Origin: a virus
Taxonomy: Duplodnaviria; Caudoviricetes
Virus record (IMG/VR): IMGVR_UViG_3300035039_000049
Location: 1-42,964 of that record
Strand: one strand, 5' to 3'
Length of the DNA: 42,964 nucleotides
The position numbers and the translations under genes were made by a program. Of the stretch, positions 8,044 to 17,097 are shown piece after piece. Within the stretch, counting starts at the first letter, position 1, and every line of letters begins with the position of its first letter. A model generated the notes under the pieces. That model was not told where the DNA came from and searched no databases. It saw only the letters and a program-made list of their open reading frames with translations.

Positions 8044-10437
8044 TTATTTATAGTTTAATTCCATAATGAAACTAAATTTACCACCTAATCTATTTTTTAT
8101 AATAACTTGAGTACCAGAGTCATAAGCACATAGATCAGTATCACTATCTGTATTAGCCGTATTAGCTGAACAATCAGTTAAGAGTGTAACCGTTCCATCC
8201 GCTGCCCATCGAAATTCTAAATACTCTCCGCCTCCCTTAACCTGACCCCAACCACTAGTAGCGTCTGGAACATTAAATGTTCCATCGTCTGCAAGTGTCT
8301 TTTTTCTCTTAATAGTAAGACAGCCAAAGGTATAAATTGCACTATCATCGTCCTCATCATATATTTTGAAAGCGACATCACCGTCAACTTTAACATTAAA
8401 ATCACTCTCAGTGTAAAGATCATCAGGGTCTACTTCTAAAACTAATCCAACATCTCCACAAGACAGTGTAGAGATATTCTCACTACCTAATGTAGTTCGT
8501 TCCAATGTTACTCGAGCACTCCCATCCCTAGTTATATGCAATTCACTCGCCGGAGTTGCTTCATTTATTCCAACATTACCATCGTCATCAACATAGATGC
8601 CTTCATCGTCTCCATCATTAGACAAAGAATAGTCATTCAACGAGATGTTACCAGCCATCTCTATGCCGTACCTATAGGAGTTAAATCTTTTCCCAACAAC
8701 TAGATCCGCAGGATCAAGTGATCCAAAAACATCTAAGTCACCAGTTTGATCATAAGCAGAAAGGATGTTAATAGATGAATGACCCACAACTGCATCATCC
8801 ATTATAAATCCCCAGTAGCGATTAGTTGCACTTGTGAAATCACAGTCAACAATGGCAGTTGCTCCATGAACCTCCAGTTCCATATGCGAAGATAAAACGA
8901 ATACACCAAAATTAGTTAGTGACCAACCTGGAACATCAGGATCAGGTTCAATAGAATTAAGGTCAACACTGTTAAAAACTACATGACCTCTTGAATTACC
9001 ATCACAGTAGACTAGGCCTGAAGTTACCGTCAAACCATCATCTTCAGGTATATAAAGCTCTTCCAGATGCAGTTGGTTGATTACCACCCTTTCGTTAGTC
9101 TGAAATCGCACAGGGTAACGCTCGGAGCAAGTCAGATGCTCGATATTAAGCTGGTTAAAACATGCTATTCCACGATAATAAAGCGCGCCGACGCAATCTT
9201 GATCGTCAGCCGCTCCGTTATTGTTAATATATAGATTATTGAACAGGTTGCCGGATGCAACTGAAACACTTAAATAAACTCCCCATCCAGGAAAAGACCT
9301 AACAGAAACGTTATTCCACACATTGTTATATGTATCCGCAGTATTGATATCAGCATCGGTAATCCCTGAATAACCACCCCATACCAATAGATTTTCAAAT
9401 AAACAGTGCGAAGAGTTTCCATTGTCATCTGAAAAACTTATTACGTTAGCATCTGTGTCTGTATTGCTAACCATCTCGGAAAACCTGAATCGAATATCTC
9501 TGATTTCTATATAATTACCAGAAACATTAACTATCGGCTCGTCCTGTGTGGCTGTAAAATCAAAATAGATTTCCGTTTCATTCTCTCCGCATCCACAGCC
9601 AAGCAGTTTTACTGCGTCAGCAGTAAGGTCAATAGAGTTGTCAGTCGTATATCTTTTGTTTAAAAGTTGAACAACTTCAACAGCAGCTATCGCATAGTTT
9701 ATTTCTGTCTCATCACTGGTTCCATCAACTCCATACCACTCAGCATAACCAAACGGCTGCCCGTTTGAAAAAACTAACATATCCGCATTTGTTATTTGAT
9801 AAGGGCCTGCAGACAGGTAACTCCCAGCAGCAAATGTTAAGGTTTCATCACCAGTAACTCTTCTAACTACTGCACCACGATCTACAACCAGCGTTTTATT
9901 AGCATCTATTGTTGTATTAGTATCTACATATACGTCTTCTGTAACTACTAAAGTCCCAGCTGTAAAACTGGCTTCAGCGTCAAGAAGATTATCATTTCCA
10001 CTACCCCACCACGAAACATAGACAGTTGGACTATTCCAATTTATAGTAACAAACCCAGTTGAATTCTCACTGAATATTTGATGTGGAGGGCCTGAAGTTA
10101 TCAAACGAGAACCATCGTCGAAAGTTAGATCAAATGCACCAAGTGTTATCACATAGTTGTTAGTACAAAGAGTAGTCCCACTAGGCACATGATCATCTGC
10201 CGTCAGCGTCTGATTTTCAAACAGTAGTATATTGGTAGCTCCATCATCTAACGCAGTGTTAAGATCAGCATACTCTCCACCAGTACCTACTGTGTCATAA
10301 TCTTGCACACGATCCAGAGAAAACTGCCTATCATCAAACACAGCGTAGGGATCTTTGACGAAAGTCTGAGCACCGAAAGCCACAGATGAAAGCAAAAATA
10401 GAGTGGAAAATAGTATCAGTATTTGTCTAATTTTCAT
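8044..10437 (-). CDS. Tailspike/receptor-binding protein with pectate-lyase-like beta-helix and N-terminal signal-peptide-like segment
   Basis: AEWYGVDGTSDETEINYAI beta-helix start, Asn/Val-rich repeats, GNVGINEATPASELHI fibre motif; N-terminus MKIRQILILFSTLFLLSSVAFG. Confidence 0.72.
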   Translation of the reverse strand: MKIRQILILFSTLFLLSSVAFGAQTFVKDPYAVFDDRQFSLDRVQDYDTVGTGGEYADLNTALDDGATNILLFENQTLTADDHVPSGTTLCTNNYVITLGAFDLTFDDGSRLITSGPPHQIFSENSTGFVTINWNSPTVYVSWWGSGNDNLLDAEASFTAGTLVVTEDVYVDTNTTIDANKTLVVDRGAVVRRVTGDETLTFAAGSYLSAGPYQITNADMLVFSNGQPFGYAEWYGVDGTSDETEINYAIAAVEVVQLLNKRYTTDNSIDLTADAVKLLGCGCGENETEIYFDFTATQDEPIVNVSGNYIEIRDIRFRFSEMVSNTDTDANVISFSDDNGNSSHCLFENLLVWGGYSGITDADINTADTYNNVWNNVSVRSFPGWGVYLSVSVASGNLFNNLYINNNGAADDQDCVGALYYRGIACFNQLNIEHLTCSERYPVRFQTNERVVINQLHLEELYIPEDDGLTVTSGLVYCDGNSRGHVVFNSVDLNSIEPDPDVPGWSLTNFGVFVLSSHMELEVHGATAIVDCDFTSATNRYWGFIMDDAVVGHSSINILSAYDQTGDLDVFGSLDPADLVVGKRFNSYRYGIEMAGNISLNDYSLSNDGDDEGIYVDDDGNVGINEATPASELHITRDGSARVTLERTTLGSENISTLSCGDVGLVLEVDPDDLYTESDFNVKVDGDVAFKIYDEDDDSAIYTFGCLTIKRKKTLADDGTFNVPDATSGWGQVKGGGEYLEFRWAADGTVTLLTDCSANTANTDSDTDLCAYDSGTQVIIKNRLGGKFSFIMELNYK

Positions 10438-10442
10438 TTTTT

Positions 10443-10469
10443 AACTCCGTGTAACCGTTATATTAAGTT
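10443..10469. promoter_or_regulatory. 27-bp palindromic site, copy 4
   Basis: AACTCCG-TGTAACCGTTATA-TTAAGTT; fills the intergenic gap and contains the tailspike RBS. Confidence 0.8.
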
Positions 10470-10936
10470 TATCTGACTGTTAGGGTTCTAAATACTTCTT
10501 TCCAAAACCCTTGAAGCCCGAGGTCTTGATCACCTCCCACATTCATCAAAGCTATAATGTCATCAGTAGAGGGATCAAGATTACTTCCAGCCGGTAGTTG
10601 GTTTAAATAGAAAGTTCCATTAGCTTTTGTAGCGGAATCTTCCATATTAACCAGATTTGTTAAGAAATAAAATATCTTTATTTGTCCACTCTGACCATTA
10701 GTAATAGTTTGCAGCGTAGAACCACCAGCCGCAGAGACTAAAACTATTTCAAACGCTACATCTTCAAGATCAGTATCTACTGCAAGTGTAGTTTCACCAT
10801 TCATCCCTAGTTCAGTAACTGGAATTATTAAAGCTCCAGCATTTATATCATTAACAGCTCCCCTTGTCCGTCTTATCCAATAAGGCAGCATTGAAACTAG
10901 TTCTTGGTCAGTAGGTAGAAGTTCAGACAGTGTCAT
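10469..10936 (-). CDS. Hypothetical (possible structural) protein
   Basis: 155 aa; TITNGQSGQIKIF...WKEV..R pattern resembling small beta-sandwich fibre/capsid domains. Confidence 0.5.
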   Translation of the reverse strand: MTLSELLPTDQELVSMLPYWIRRTRGAVNDINAGALIIPVTELGMNGETTLAVDTDLEDVAFEIVLVSAAGGSTLQTITNGQSGQIKIFYFLTNLVNMEDSATKANGTFYLNQLPAGSNLDPSTDDIIALMNVGGDQDLGLQGFWKEVFRTLTVR

Positions 10937-10937
10937 C

Positions 10938-11906
10938 TTAATTCTCCCAGGGTTTAGTTTCTAAAAGTTCTAGGTAATCATACTTCATATTTTCCCTCAG
11001 CCAATTATACTCATTCGCTGCCATCTCAACTGCATCAAGCCAATAGTCGTCAACTTTAATTTTATGCCTGTTGAAGAACTTTTCTTCTCCAAGCTTAGCA
11101 TGCTTATAACCATCATCAGGGCCGCCTAGAACCGCATAGGCCAGCAGAACACCAAACCCATGAGGTTTATTTCCATTAGCTCCATAAGTACGATACTTGT
11201 ATTGCCCAGTAGCAATTACTGCAGGAGTGAATGGTCCTATGTGAGCAACAGGATCAGTCGGAATAGCCCAGTTCTCATACCCTAACATCAGCGACTTTAC
11301 TTGCTGTAAAAGTTCAGCGCCTCCCCAAGAGATCATATAGTCAGAGTGCGCACCATAGCCACGCAGAGTTTCCAAATACCACTCACGACGACAGATCCAA
11401 GGCATAAACTTCCAATACATACGTCTTTCTTCACGGTATGCACAGTCCCACCCACCATTAGGTAAACCCTCTGGACTAATTTTCAAAGTATGTTTAGTCC
11501 CAGCTGGGCCTTGATGAGACCAACGGATTGGAGGATGGCCAAAACCTAGTTTTTCATCGTCTTTATGCCTATCCATAAAGTCAACACTGTCACGCAGCGT
11601 ACTGTGGCCAAATAGAACATGGCTATCAACACAGAAGATATAATCACCCTCTGCGGCCTTAGCTGCGTGCATCCTAGCGGAGGTGAAACAAGGGTGTTCT
11701 TGACGCAGAACCCTTACATTATGCTTCTTGATGAACCCAACAGGGATAGCCACACCCATTAAATCATAGAACTTTTTGTCCGAATTGTCACAGATAACTA
11801 TCTCAGACTCACAGTCGAGAGACTTGAGTGCCTCTATTGCATTGTTCAAAGTAACATTCATCATAACTATATCGTTACGATTTGAGATGATTATAGAAAG
11901 TTTCAA
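10938..11906 (-). CDS. Glycosyltransferase family 2 (GT-A fold)
   Basis: LSIIISNRND, IVICDNS, AEGDYIFCVDSH (DxH in place of DxD), WGGAE. Confidence 0.85.
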   Translation of the reverse strand: MKLSIIISNRNDIVMMNVTLNNAIEALKSLDCESEIVICDNSDKKFYDLMGVAIPVGFIKKHNVRVLRQEHPCFTSARMHAAKAAEGDYIFCVDSHVLFGHSTLRDSVDFMDRHKDDEKLGFGHPPIRWSHQGPAGTKHTLKISPEGLPNGGWDCAYREERRMYWKFMPWICRREWYLETLRGYGAHSDYMISWGGAELLQQVKSLMLGYENWAIPTDPVAHIGPFTPAVIATGQYKYRTYGANGNKPHGFGVLLAYAVLGGPDDGYKHAKLGEEKFFNRHKIKVDDYWLDAVEMAANEYNWLRENMKYDYLELLETKPWEN

Positions 11907-11912
11907 ATCTTG

Positions 11913-12563
11913 TTAATCCTTTCTAGTTAAGTAGTAAACTACCTTATGCCTGCCAAGTTTAAGATCATAGAATTCTACTGTTAAATTATACTCACGAAAA
12001 TTCTGCAAAAGGTATTGAGTTGTTTTGCCGTGAGACTGCCAAGTCATCCTGAAACCACCGCTCTCACTACCAGCAAAAATGAAACGCTCGTAGGATTCTA
12101 AGTTCTGAGCCTCCAGATTTGCAATCTCAATTTCTGTTGGGCAGTTAATGTCAAAAACTATCGAAAGTGGCTTAATGGAGTAAATGTTTGAAAGGATTTT
12201 TCTCTGATCTTCGATTGTTAAGTGGATAAATACAGCAGAGGAGAGAACTGACTGTTGGCAATGCAGGAAAGTCTCAGTGATATTCCGCTCAATAAAGCAA
12301 AGTTCGTAGTCAGGATACTTCTCACGCAGTCTATTTAGCATCGAAATTGAGGAGTCATAGCCTATGTAGTTGAAATCACCGAAGTTGTCGACAGCGTAAC
12401 TGAAGAATCTCCCAAAACCGCAACCTAAATCGAGGTAAGACTTCCCACCCTGCAGCGCAAAATCAAACATATTTTTGACATAAGGAGGGTAATCGTCTCC
12501 CCACGTCGATTCTGCACGCTTTACAGCACTGTCATCCCAGTTATTGACCGAATTTTTTTGCAT
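11913..12563 (-). CDS. Class I SAM-dependent methyltransferase
   Basis: YLDLGCGFGR motif I, YIGYDSS motif II, AVFIHL. Confidence 0.88.
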   Translation of the reverse strand: MQKNSVNNWDDSAVKRAESTWGDDYPPYVKNMFDFALQGGKSYLDLGCGFGRFFSYAVDNFGDFNYIGYDSSISMLNRLREKYPDYELCFIERNITETFLHCQQSVLSSAVFIHLTIEDQRKILSNIYSIKPLSIVFDINCPTEIEIANLEAQNLESYERFIFAGSESGGFRMTWQSHGKTTQYLLQNFREYNLTVEFYDLKLGRHKVVYYLTRKD

Positions 12564-13368
12564 CTCTCTCCTTTATAAACCACTTAAAAGTTTCATCTAG
12601 TCCATGTTCCAGTGAAGTAACCCTATCCAAATCAGTTTCTGGTGTTACAGTTTCAACCTCCCCTTTTCGCTTACCTACAAACTTAACGTAAGGTTCGTAG
12701 TCTAAGTACTTCCGAGTTAGGGACCTAAGTATTTCAACTAACTCACCTAACGAAGTAGAAATCCCTGAGCCGATGCGCAGTAGTTTTGTGCCTCGACTAA
12801 GTGTAACCATTGCACTAACTACATCATCAACATAGACGAAATCCCGAGTAACATCTTTTCCATAAATTGTTAGAGGTTCAAAGTTAAGAATCTGTTTAAT
12901 TAAAGTGGAAACCACACTGGTTTTATGCCAACTTCCAGGCCCATAGACATTAGACAACCTTAAAATGTTAACATCTAGGTCATAAGAGTTTCTATAACCC
13001 TCACAAATCGCTTCGCATGCACTCTTTGAAGCCAAGTAAGGTGAGAGTCTTGATGGAGAGTTCATTGATGAAGTGAAAATAAACCTAGAGTGACTATCCC
13101 TAGCCATTTCTAACGCAGCGAGTAGGTTCGATACGTTCTCACTTATAGTAACAAGCGGGAAGGATATTGACCTAATAACATTCGTCAAAGAGGCCAAGTG
13201 ATAGATTTCATCGAAGTGTCTATAGTTCGTGAAACAAGTTACTTTGCAACCTCTTCGTGAGTCACACTCAGTAACCCCACAGTTTGAAGCCAACAGTTTT
13301 TCCACGCACTTCTTGCCAATAAACCCTAGACTGCCAGTAACTAAGACGAATTTCTTAAATTCTTTCAC
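12541..13368 (-). CDS. NAD-dependent nucleotide-sugar epimerase/dehydratase (extended SDR)
   Basis: VLVTGSLGFIG, FTSS, YLASK (YxxxK), LRLSNVYGP, RDFVYVDDVV; GTG at 13368 follows GGAGG. Confidence 0.9.
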   Translation of the reverse strand: MKEFKKFVLVTGSLGFIGKKCVEKLLASNCGVTECDSRRGCKVTCFTNYRHFDEIYHLASLTNVIRSISFPLVTISENVSNLLAALEMARDSHSRFIFTSSMNSPSRLSPYLASKSACEAICEGYRNSYDLDVNILRLSNVYGPGSWHKTSVVSTLIKQILNFEPLTIYGKDVTRDFVYVDDVVSAMVTLSRGTKLLRIGSGISTSLGELVEILRSLTRKYLDYEPYVKFVGKRKGEVETVTPETDLDRVTSLEHGLDETFKWFIKERDAKKFGQ

Positions 13369-13909
13369 TCTTAGCCTCCCCATCTACTATCATCCCAGCA
13401 GAGTGCATCGCACTGCGACCCCGCTCCTTTAGTTCATCTATCTCGTCTTTAGTTAAATGCGCATGAGCGAACATTCCCTGGATTTTCGCCGGCTGTCGAT
13501 ACCCACCTAAGTCTTGCATAATAGTGTCAGCCGTCATCTTTACTAAATGCGGAGAGGCTTTCTCACCTATTCCACGATCTCCCTTTCCATCCAGAATTTC
13601 TTCGTAAATTTTCATAGCTTTCGGCAACAGTCTTGAGACCTCTTTAGCGACATCCAAAGTAGCACAGTCACGCTGCAAACGCATCGCACTTAGTTTCTCT
13701 TGTGCCATTGGTGAGTTGAGGGTATTAGAAACTGTCTGAGCTGTTATACCCAGCTTTCTGGCAATATCTGAGTTTTTATTCCCTGAGAGTGCTAAGTTTA
13801 TAATTTCATGAGAGCGTTGCCAAAGCTGTTTAATATTCCAGCTTCGATCCCTCACATCAGGAACCCTCCTTTTGTCACACTCTCTACCTTCAAATCCATA
13901 AAGTCCCAC
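13355..13909 (-). CDS. HTH protein, probable terminase small subunit
   Basis: NSDIARKLGITAQTVSNTL HTH then helical region; near the start of the late operon and the putative genome end. Confidence 0.55.
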   Translation of the reverse strand: MGLYGFEGRECDKRRVPDVRDRSWNIKQLWQRSHEIINLALSGNKNSDIARKLGITAQTVSNTLNSPMAQEKLSAMRLQRDCATLDVAKEVSRLLPKAMKIYEEILDGKGDRGIGEKASPHLVKMTADTIMQDLGGYRQPAKIQGMFAHAHLTKDEIDELKERGRSAMHSAGMIVDGEAKSERI

Positions 13910-13932
13910 AGCGAATCACCTCCTAAAATTAA

Positions 13933-14085
13933 CTACTTTTTCTCTTTATCGTAATTTCTTGAGACTGGTTTCTGTCCCTTTTTCCTCTGACTGTTGTAGA
14001 TTCGCGCCGCCTGTCTCTTTGCAGCTTTGTCACCCAATCCTTTTTTCTTCAGTTTATCTCGTATCTTCTCATACTTCTTTGGCAC
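13933..14085 (-). CDS. Small basic protein (50 aa), absent from ORF track
   Basis: AAGGAG RBS plus GTG; MPKKYEKIRDKLKKKGLGDKAAKRQAARIYNSQRKKGQKPVSRNYDKEKK. Confidence 0.7.
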   Translation of the reverse strand: MPKKYEKIRDKLKKKGLGDKAAKRQAARIYNSQRKKGQKPVSRNYDKEKK

Positions 14086-14146
14086 TGTTAACTCCTTGCG
14101 ATAAGTGGTTTTGCTTTTTTTGTAATTTTTTAGTTATTTTAACACC

Positions 14147-14176
14147 ATCATAACATTGTTTTTATTATGATGTCAA
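14147..14176 (-). promoter_or_regulatory. Leftward sigma70-type promoter for the late/packaging operon
   Basis: TTGACA-N18-TGT-extended TATGAT; internal inverted repeat CATCATAA/TTATGATG. Confidence 0.65.
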
Positions 14177-14389
14177 GGTATTCTTATGCACATTTTAATA
14201 TCTTTAAACCTCAACTCAAAACACCCTGCGCTCAAGACACCCTGTGTCTTGCTCCGAAGGGTGCGCTGCGTCAGTGGCGTGTACGGTATTGTACATTTGT
14301 TTTTGCTATACAAATCCCTCAAAATCTAACCCCCGCACGCACGATGCTATACTTCCCCTTTGACTTTTAGTTATTGAATGACTACCCAG

Positions 14390-14467
14390 TAGTCATTAGT
14401 TGTAGTCATTAGCCATTAGTCATTAGTCATTGGTTATTAGTTATTAGTCATTAGTTGTAGTCATTAG
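14390..14467. repeat. Tandem heptamer array (TAGTCAT-like, ~11 units)
   Basis: tagtcat tagttg tagtcat tagccat tagtcat tagtcat tggttat tagttat tagtcat tagttg tagtcat. Confidence 0.9.
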
Positions 14468-14468
14468 A

Positions 14469-14535
14469 TAACGCACAACTAGGTGCGTTAAAAAATGCGT
14501 TATGACACAATTTTATGACGCAACTAGGTGCGTTA
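14469..14535. repeat. 15-bp direct repeat CAACTAGGTGCGTTA x2, first copy inside a TAACGCAC/GTGCGTTA inverted repeat
   Basis: Copies at 14476-14490 and 14521-14535. Confidence 0.8.
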
Positions 14536-14622
14536 TAACGGTGTGTTATAGCTGTTATACAAAATTGTGTAACAACAAATTGCCTGTTATTTCAATATGT
14601 TAAAAATTTTTTAAAAAAAATC

Positions 14623-14651
14623 TTGACAACATTTTACAATGTTGTTATATT
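14623..14651 (+). promoter_or_regulatory. Early sigma70 promoter P1
   Basis: TTGACA-N17-TATATT with TGn extension and A/T-tract UP element; ACAACATT/AATGTTGT inverted repeat spans the spacer. Confidence 0.8.
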
Positions 14652-14777
14652 GTGTATGCCTGACTCAATCAAGCAACCCTCGGGTGGTTCGAGGGTTTGT
14701 TCTTTGACAATTTGGTTCACGTGGTCGGTTTACGGCCACGTGGCACAACGAAACGTGTTTTGGCTAGTTCCTAAGTC

Positions 14778-14804
14778 AACTCCGTGTATTAATTACACGG
14801 AGGT
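14778..14804. promoter_or_regulatory. 27-bp palindromic site, copy 5
   Basis: AACTCCG-TGTATTAATTACA-CGGAGGT in the leader of the first early gene. Confidence 0.75.
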
Positions 14805-14825
14805 AAAGAAAAGGAGCTAGAAAAA

Positions 14826-15263
14826 ATGGCTGAAAAATGCATATGCGAAGTATTCACGAGTTTAAACGGGGACATTGGGAAAGTTGACTATACTTTCACA
14901 GTCACGAATGATGCTAAAGAAAAAGTCAAACTAACAATCACGATTGATTATACGGGATGCAGCTATGAACGGTTACTCCAATTGTCAGCGAAACAGATAA
15001 TAGTTTTGTTCCAAAACTCGGGATTGCGTAAACTAACGGCTGATGAAATCCGTAAATATAACGGGACTACGATTTCAGCAACTAGTCCTGGAATAGGGAA
15101 AGTCGTTAGCCAAGAGGAATTAGCATTAAAAGAACAACTAAAAGCGTTAAAAGCAGCTGGTTTTACAGAGGATGAGGTTAAAAAGCTCGTCGAAGAGAAA
15201 CTAACAGAAAAAGCTAAAACAGAAAAAAAAGCAAAAGTAAAAACTCGGAAAGCGAAAAAGTAA
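14826..15263 (+). CDS. Hypothetical early protein with Lys-rich C-terminus
   Basis: AAGGAG RBS; 145 aa; first gene after P1. Confidence 0.75.
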   Translation: MAEKCICEVFTSLNGDIGKVDYTFTVTNDAKEKVKLTITIDYTGCSYERLLQLSAKQIIVLFQNSGLRKLTADEIRKYNGTTISATSPGIGKVVSQEELALKEQLKALKAAGFTEDEVKKLVEEKLTEKAKTEKKAKVKTRKAKK

Positions 15264-15334
15264 GATAAACTAAACCAATGGGAACTAGTCAAACACAACT
15301 ACAAACCATTAAAAACAGTAAAAGGAAAAAACTA

Positions 15335-15505
15335 ATGAAAATCAACTACACTGACATAGAAAAAATCGAAATTTGTGAATTCAACTGGGATTTAACGTCT
15401 ATCATTTTAAAAAATGGCAGTAAGATAGACATTAAATGCAATGATAACGAGTTCTGTTTAACAGTTGAAAAAACCACTGATAACAGAATATTATGGATTG
15501 AATAA
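15335..15505 (+). CDS. Hypothetical protein (56 aa)
   Basis: AAGGA RBS then ATG; MKINYTDIEKIEIC... Confidence 0.55.
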   Translation: MKINYTDIEKIEICEFNWDLTSIILKNGSKIDIKCNDNEFCLTVEKTTDNRILWIE

Positions 15506-15522
15506 ATTGAACGACTAACTAT

Positions 15523-15561
15523 AAAGCCCACTAGATTAAATTCTAGTGGGCTTTTTTATTT
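15523..15561 (+). terminator. Intrinsic terminator
   Basis: AAAGCCCACTAGA-ttaaat-TCTAGTGGGCTTT followed by T-tract. Confidence 0.9.
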
Positions 15562-15856
15562 CCCGGGTGTCCGATCGGTTCGATCGGTTCGATCGAATAT
15601 GCCATTTAAACCACGTGATTCGTGATTTAACGAACGATTGACCATTCACCCATACCATAACATTACCAAAAAATTTTAATGGCTTTAAATCGGTCAATGT
15701 ATTAATAAATACAAATATTCACACCACAGACTTTGTCTGTTATAGTTTTTGAACAACTGTAAGTGCCGAGTGGTTTGTACAAACAGAGTGCAACTCTAAG
15801 TTTAGTTTTTATAGTTGAAGTAAATGTACGTTGTGTAATTGCTTGTTTTTATTGAC

Positions 15857-16256
15857 ATGTGTATGATGTTAATGATATAAATCATGTTAAACATGTTAAA
15901 AATGTTAAACATATTTCGGGGGGGGGCACCCGTTTAAAAATATATTTACACGTAGTTGAATTTACAAACTATTAGTTATAGTTAGTTCTATCTAAAAAAA
16001 ATATTAGTTATATATATAGAAAAAATTTTTAAACTAATAGGAGTAAGTTAGTTGTAGTTAGTAATAATTTAGTTTGTGTATATAGAAAAAATTTTTTAAT
16101 AGTTGGAGTGAGAACTATGTGAAATCATTATACTGAGTGTGAGTGAAAAGTAGTTTGTGTGTAGAACTTAGTGTAAACATTTTCAAAAACGAGGCGGGGG
16201 GGTCGAAATATCATTAACATGTTTAACATGATTAACATGTTTAACATCATACATAC
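15857..16256. repeat. ~100-bp imperfect inverted repeat flanking an AT-rich spacer (origin-like)
   Basis: Arms at ~15857-15957 and ~16165-16256 share TGTATGATGTTAA, ATGTTAAAC repeats, ATATTTCG and TTTACAC..AGTT. Confidence 0.7.
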
Positions 16257-16296
16257 CACACAAACTTCGTTTGTGAAAACTAAAGGAGGCAAAGAA

Positions 16297-16941
16297 ATGG
16301 GGAAATTAAGTGGTAAAATGCCTATCACGGCACAACTGGATGTCAGGGAACTCGGGACAATCACTCAAAAGCTGGTAGAATTGGGTATAGCTAACACAGT
16401 CAGCGAAGTGGTTAGGTGCTGTGTTAGTTTAGCGGTCAATCAACTTTGCGATAAAAAACTTTCGGTGGAGCAGTCTGTGATTGTCTTAGAGGGGATTAAC
16501 TATGTGAAAATGAAGAGTGGGGAGGCCAAAGCGCGGAAACTCCACTCGTTGGTGCAGCAAGAAAGGGCGCAACAGGAGAGGGAGCGACTAAGTCAGGGCG
16601 CACAAAGTGCGCAGTTAGGGCAATCAGGACAGAGCGAGCAAAGCTTGCAGTCAGGGCAGTTAGGGCAACCAGAGCGATTGAGGGAGTTGGGGCAACAAGC
16701 TAACAGGGCGAGACTGAGGGACTTGAGCAGAGAGATAGAAGTTAGGGGAGAGCCTACAGGTGAGAGTATCGAGGAGAGAGCGAAGAGAAAATACTATCAA
16801 CAACAACAGCAGGGCGAACACAGTTCGCAGAGCAACTCTAGGGGTAAGCAAAGTAAACTAGGTTTACAAAAGAGTGGTGATACAAGTGACAAGGCGTTAG
16901 AGGAGATGGATAACTACAGGCCACCAATCCTAGGGGAGTGA
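16297..16941 (+). CDS. Hypothetical protein with Gln/Ser/Gly low-complexity C-terminal half
   Basis: AAAGGAGG RBS before ATG 16297; QSGQLGQ-type repeats. Confidence 0.65.
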   Translation: MGKLSGKMPITAQLDVRELGTITQKLVELGIANTVSEVVRCCVSLAVNQLCDKKLSVEQSVIVLEGINYVKMKSGEAKARKLHSLVQQERAQQERERLSQGAQSAQLGQSGQSEQSLQSGQLGQPERLRELGQQANRARLRDLSREIEVRGEPTGESIEERAKRKYYQQQQQGEHSSQSNSRGKQSKLGLQKSGDTSDKALEEMDNYRPPILGE

Positions 16942-16959
16942 GCAGAGTGAGCAAAGCTC

Positions 16960-17028
16960 ACGTGGGACAAACTAACGTGGGACAAGCGTAGTGCTCGCAG
17001 TAGGGTGAACAAAGTTTACGTGGGACAA
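16960..17028 (+). repeat. 11-bp direct repeat ACGTGGGACAA x3
   Basis: Copies at 16960, 16975 and 17018, upstream of promoter P2. Confidence 0.8.
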
Positions 17029-17070
17029 GCGTGAGTGCGGAGAGGTGCGGGTGCAAAGTGGGTGGAGGTA

Positions 17071-17097
17071 AACTAAGTGTAATGATTATACGAGCTA
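17071..17097. promoter_or_regulatory. 27-bp palindromic site, copy 6
   Basis: AACTAAG-TGTAATGATTATA-CGAGCTA (right flank degenerate). Confidence 0.75.

Noticed and set aside
14390-14467. Repeat array as CRISPR
   Set aside because: Units are 6-7 bp with no unique spacers
13959-14820. ORFs 13959..14153, 14167..14370 and 14623..14820
   Set aside because: They overlap promoters or the better-supported minus-strand gene 14085..13933 and have no RBS
15852-15881. TTGACA...TATAAA as a further promoter
   Set aside because: Spacing is 18 bp, the -10 is weak, and it lies within the inverted-repeat arm; possible but not supportable
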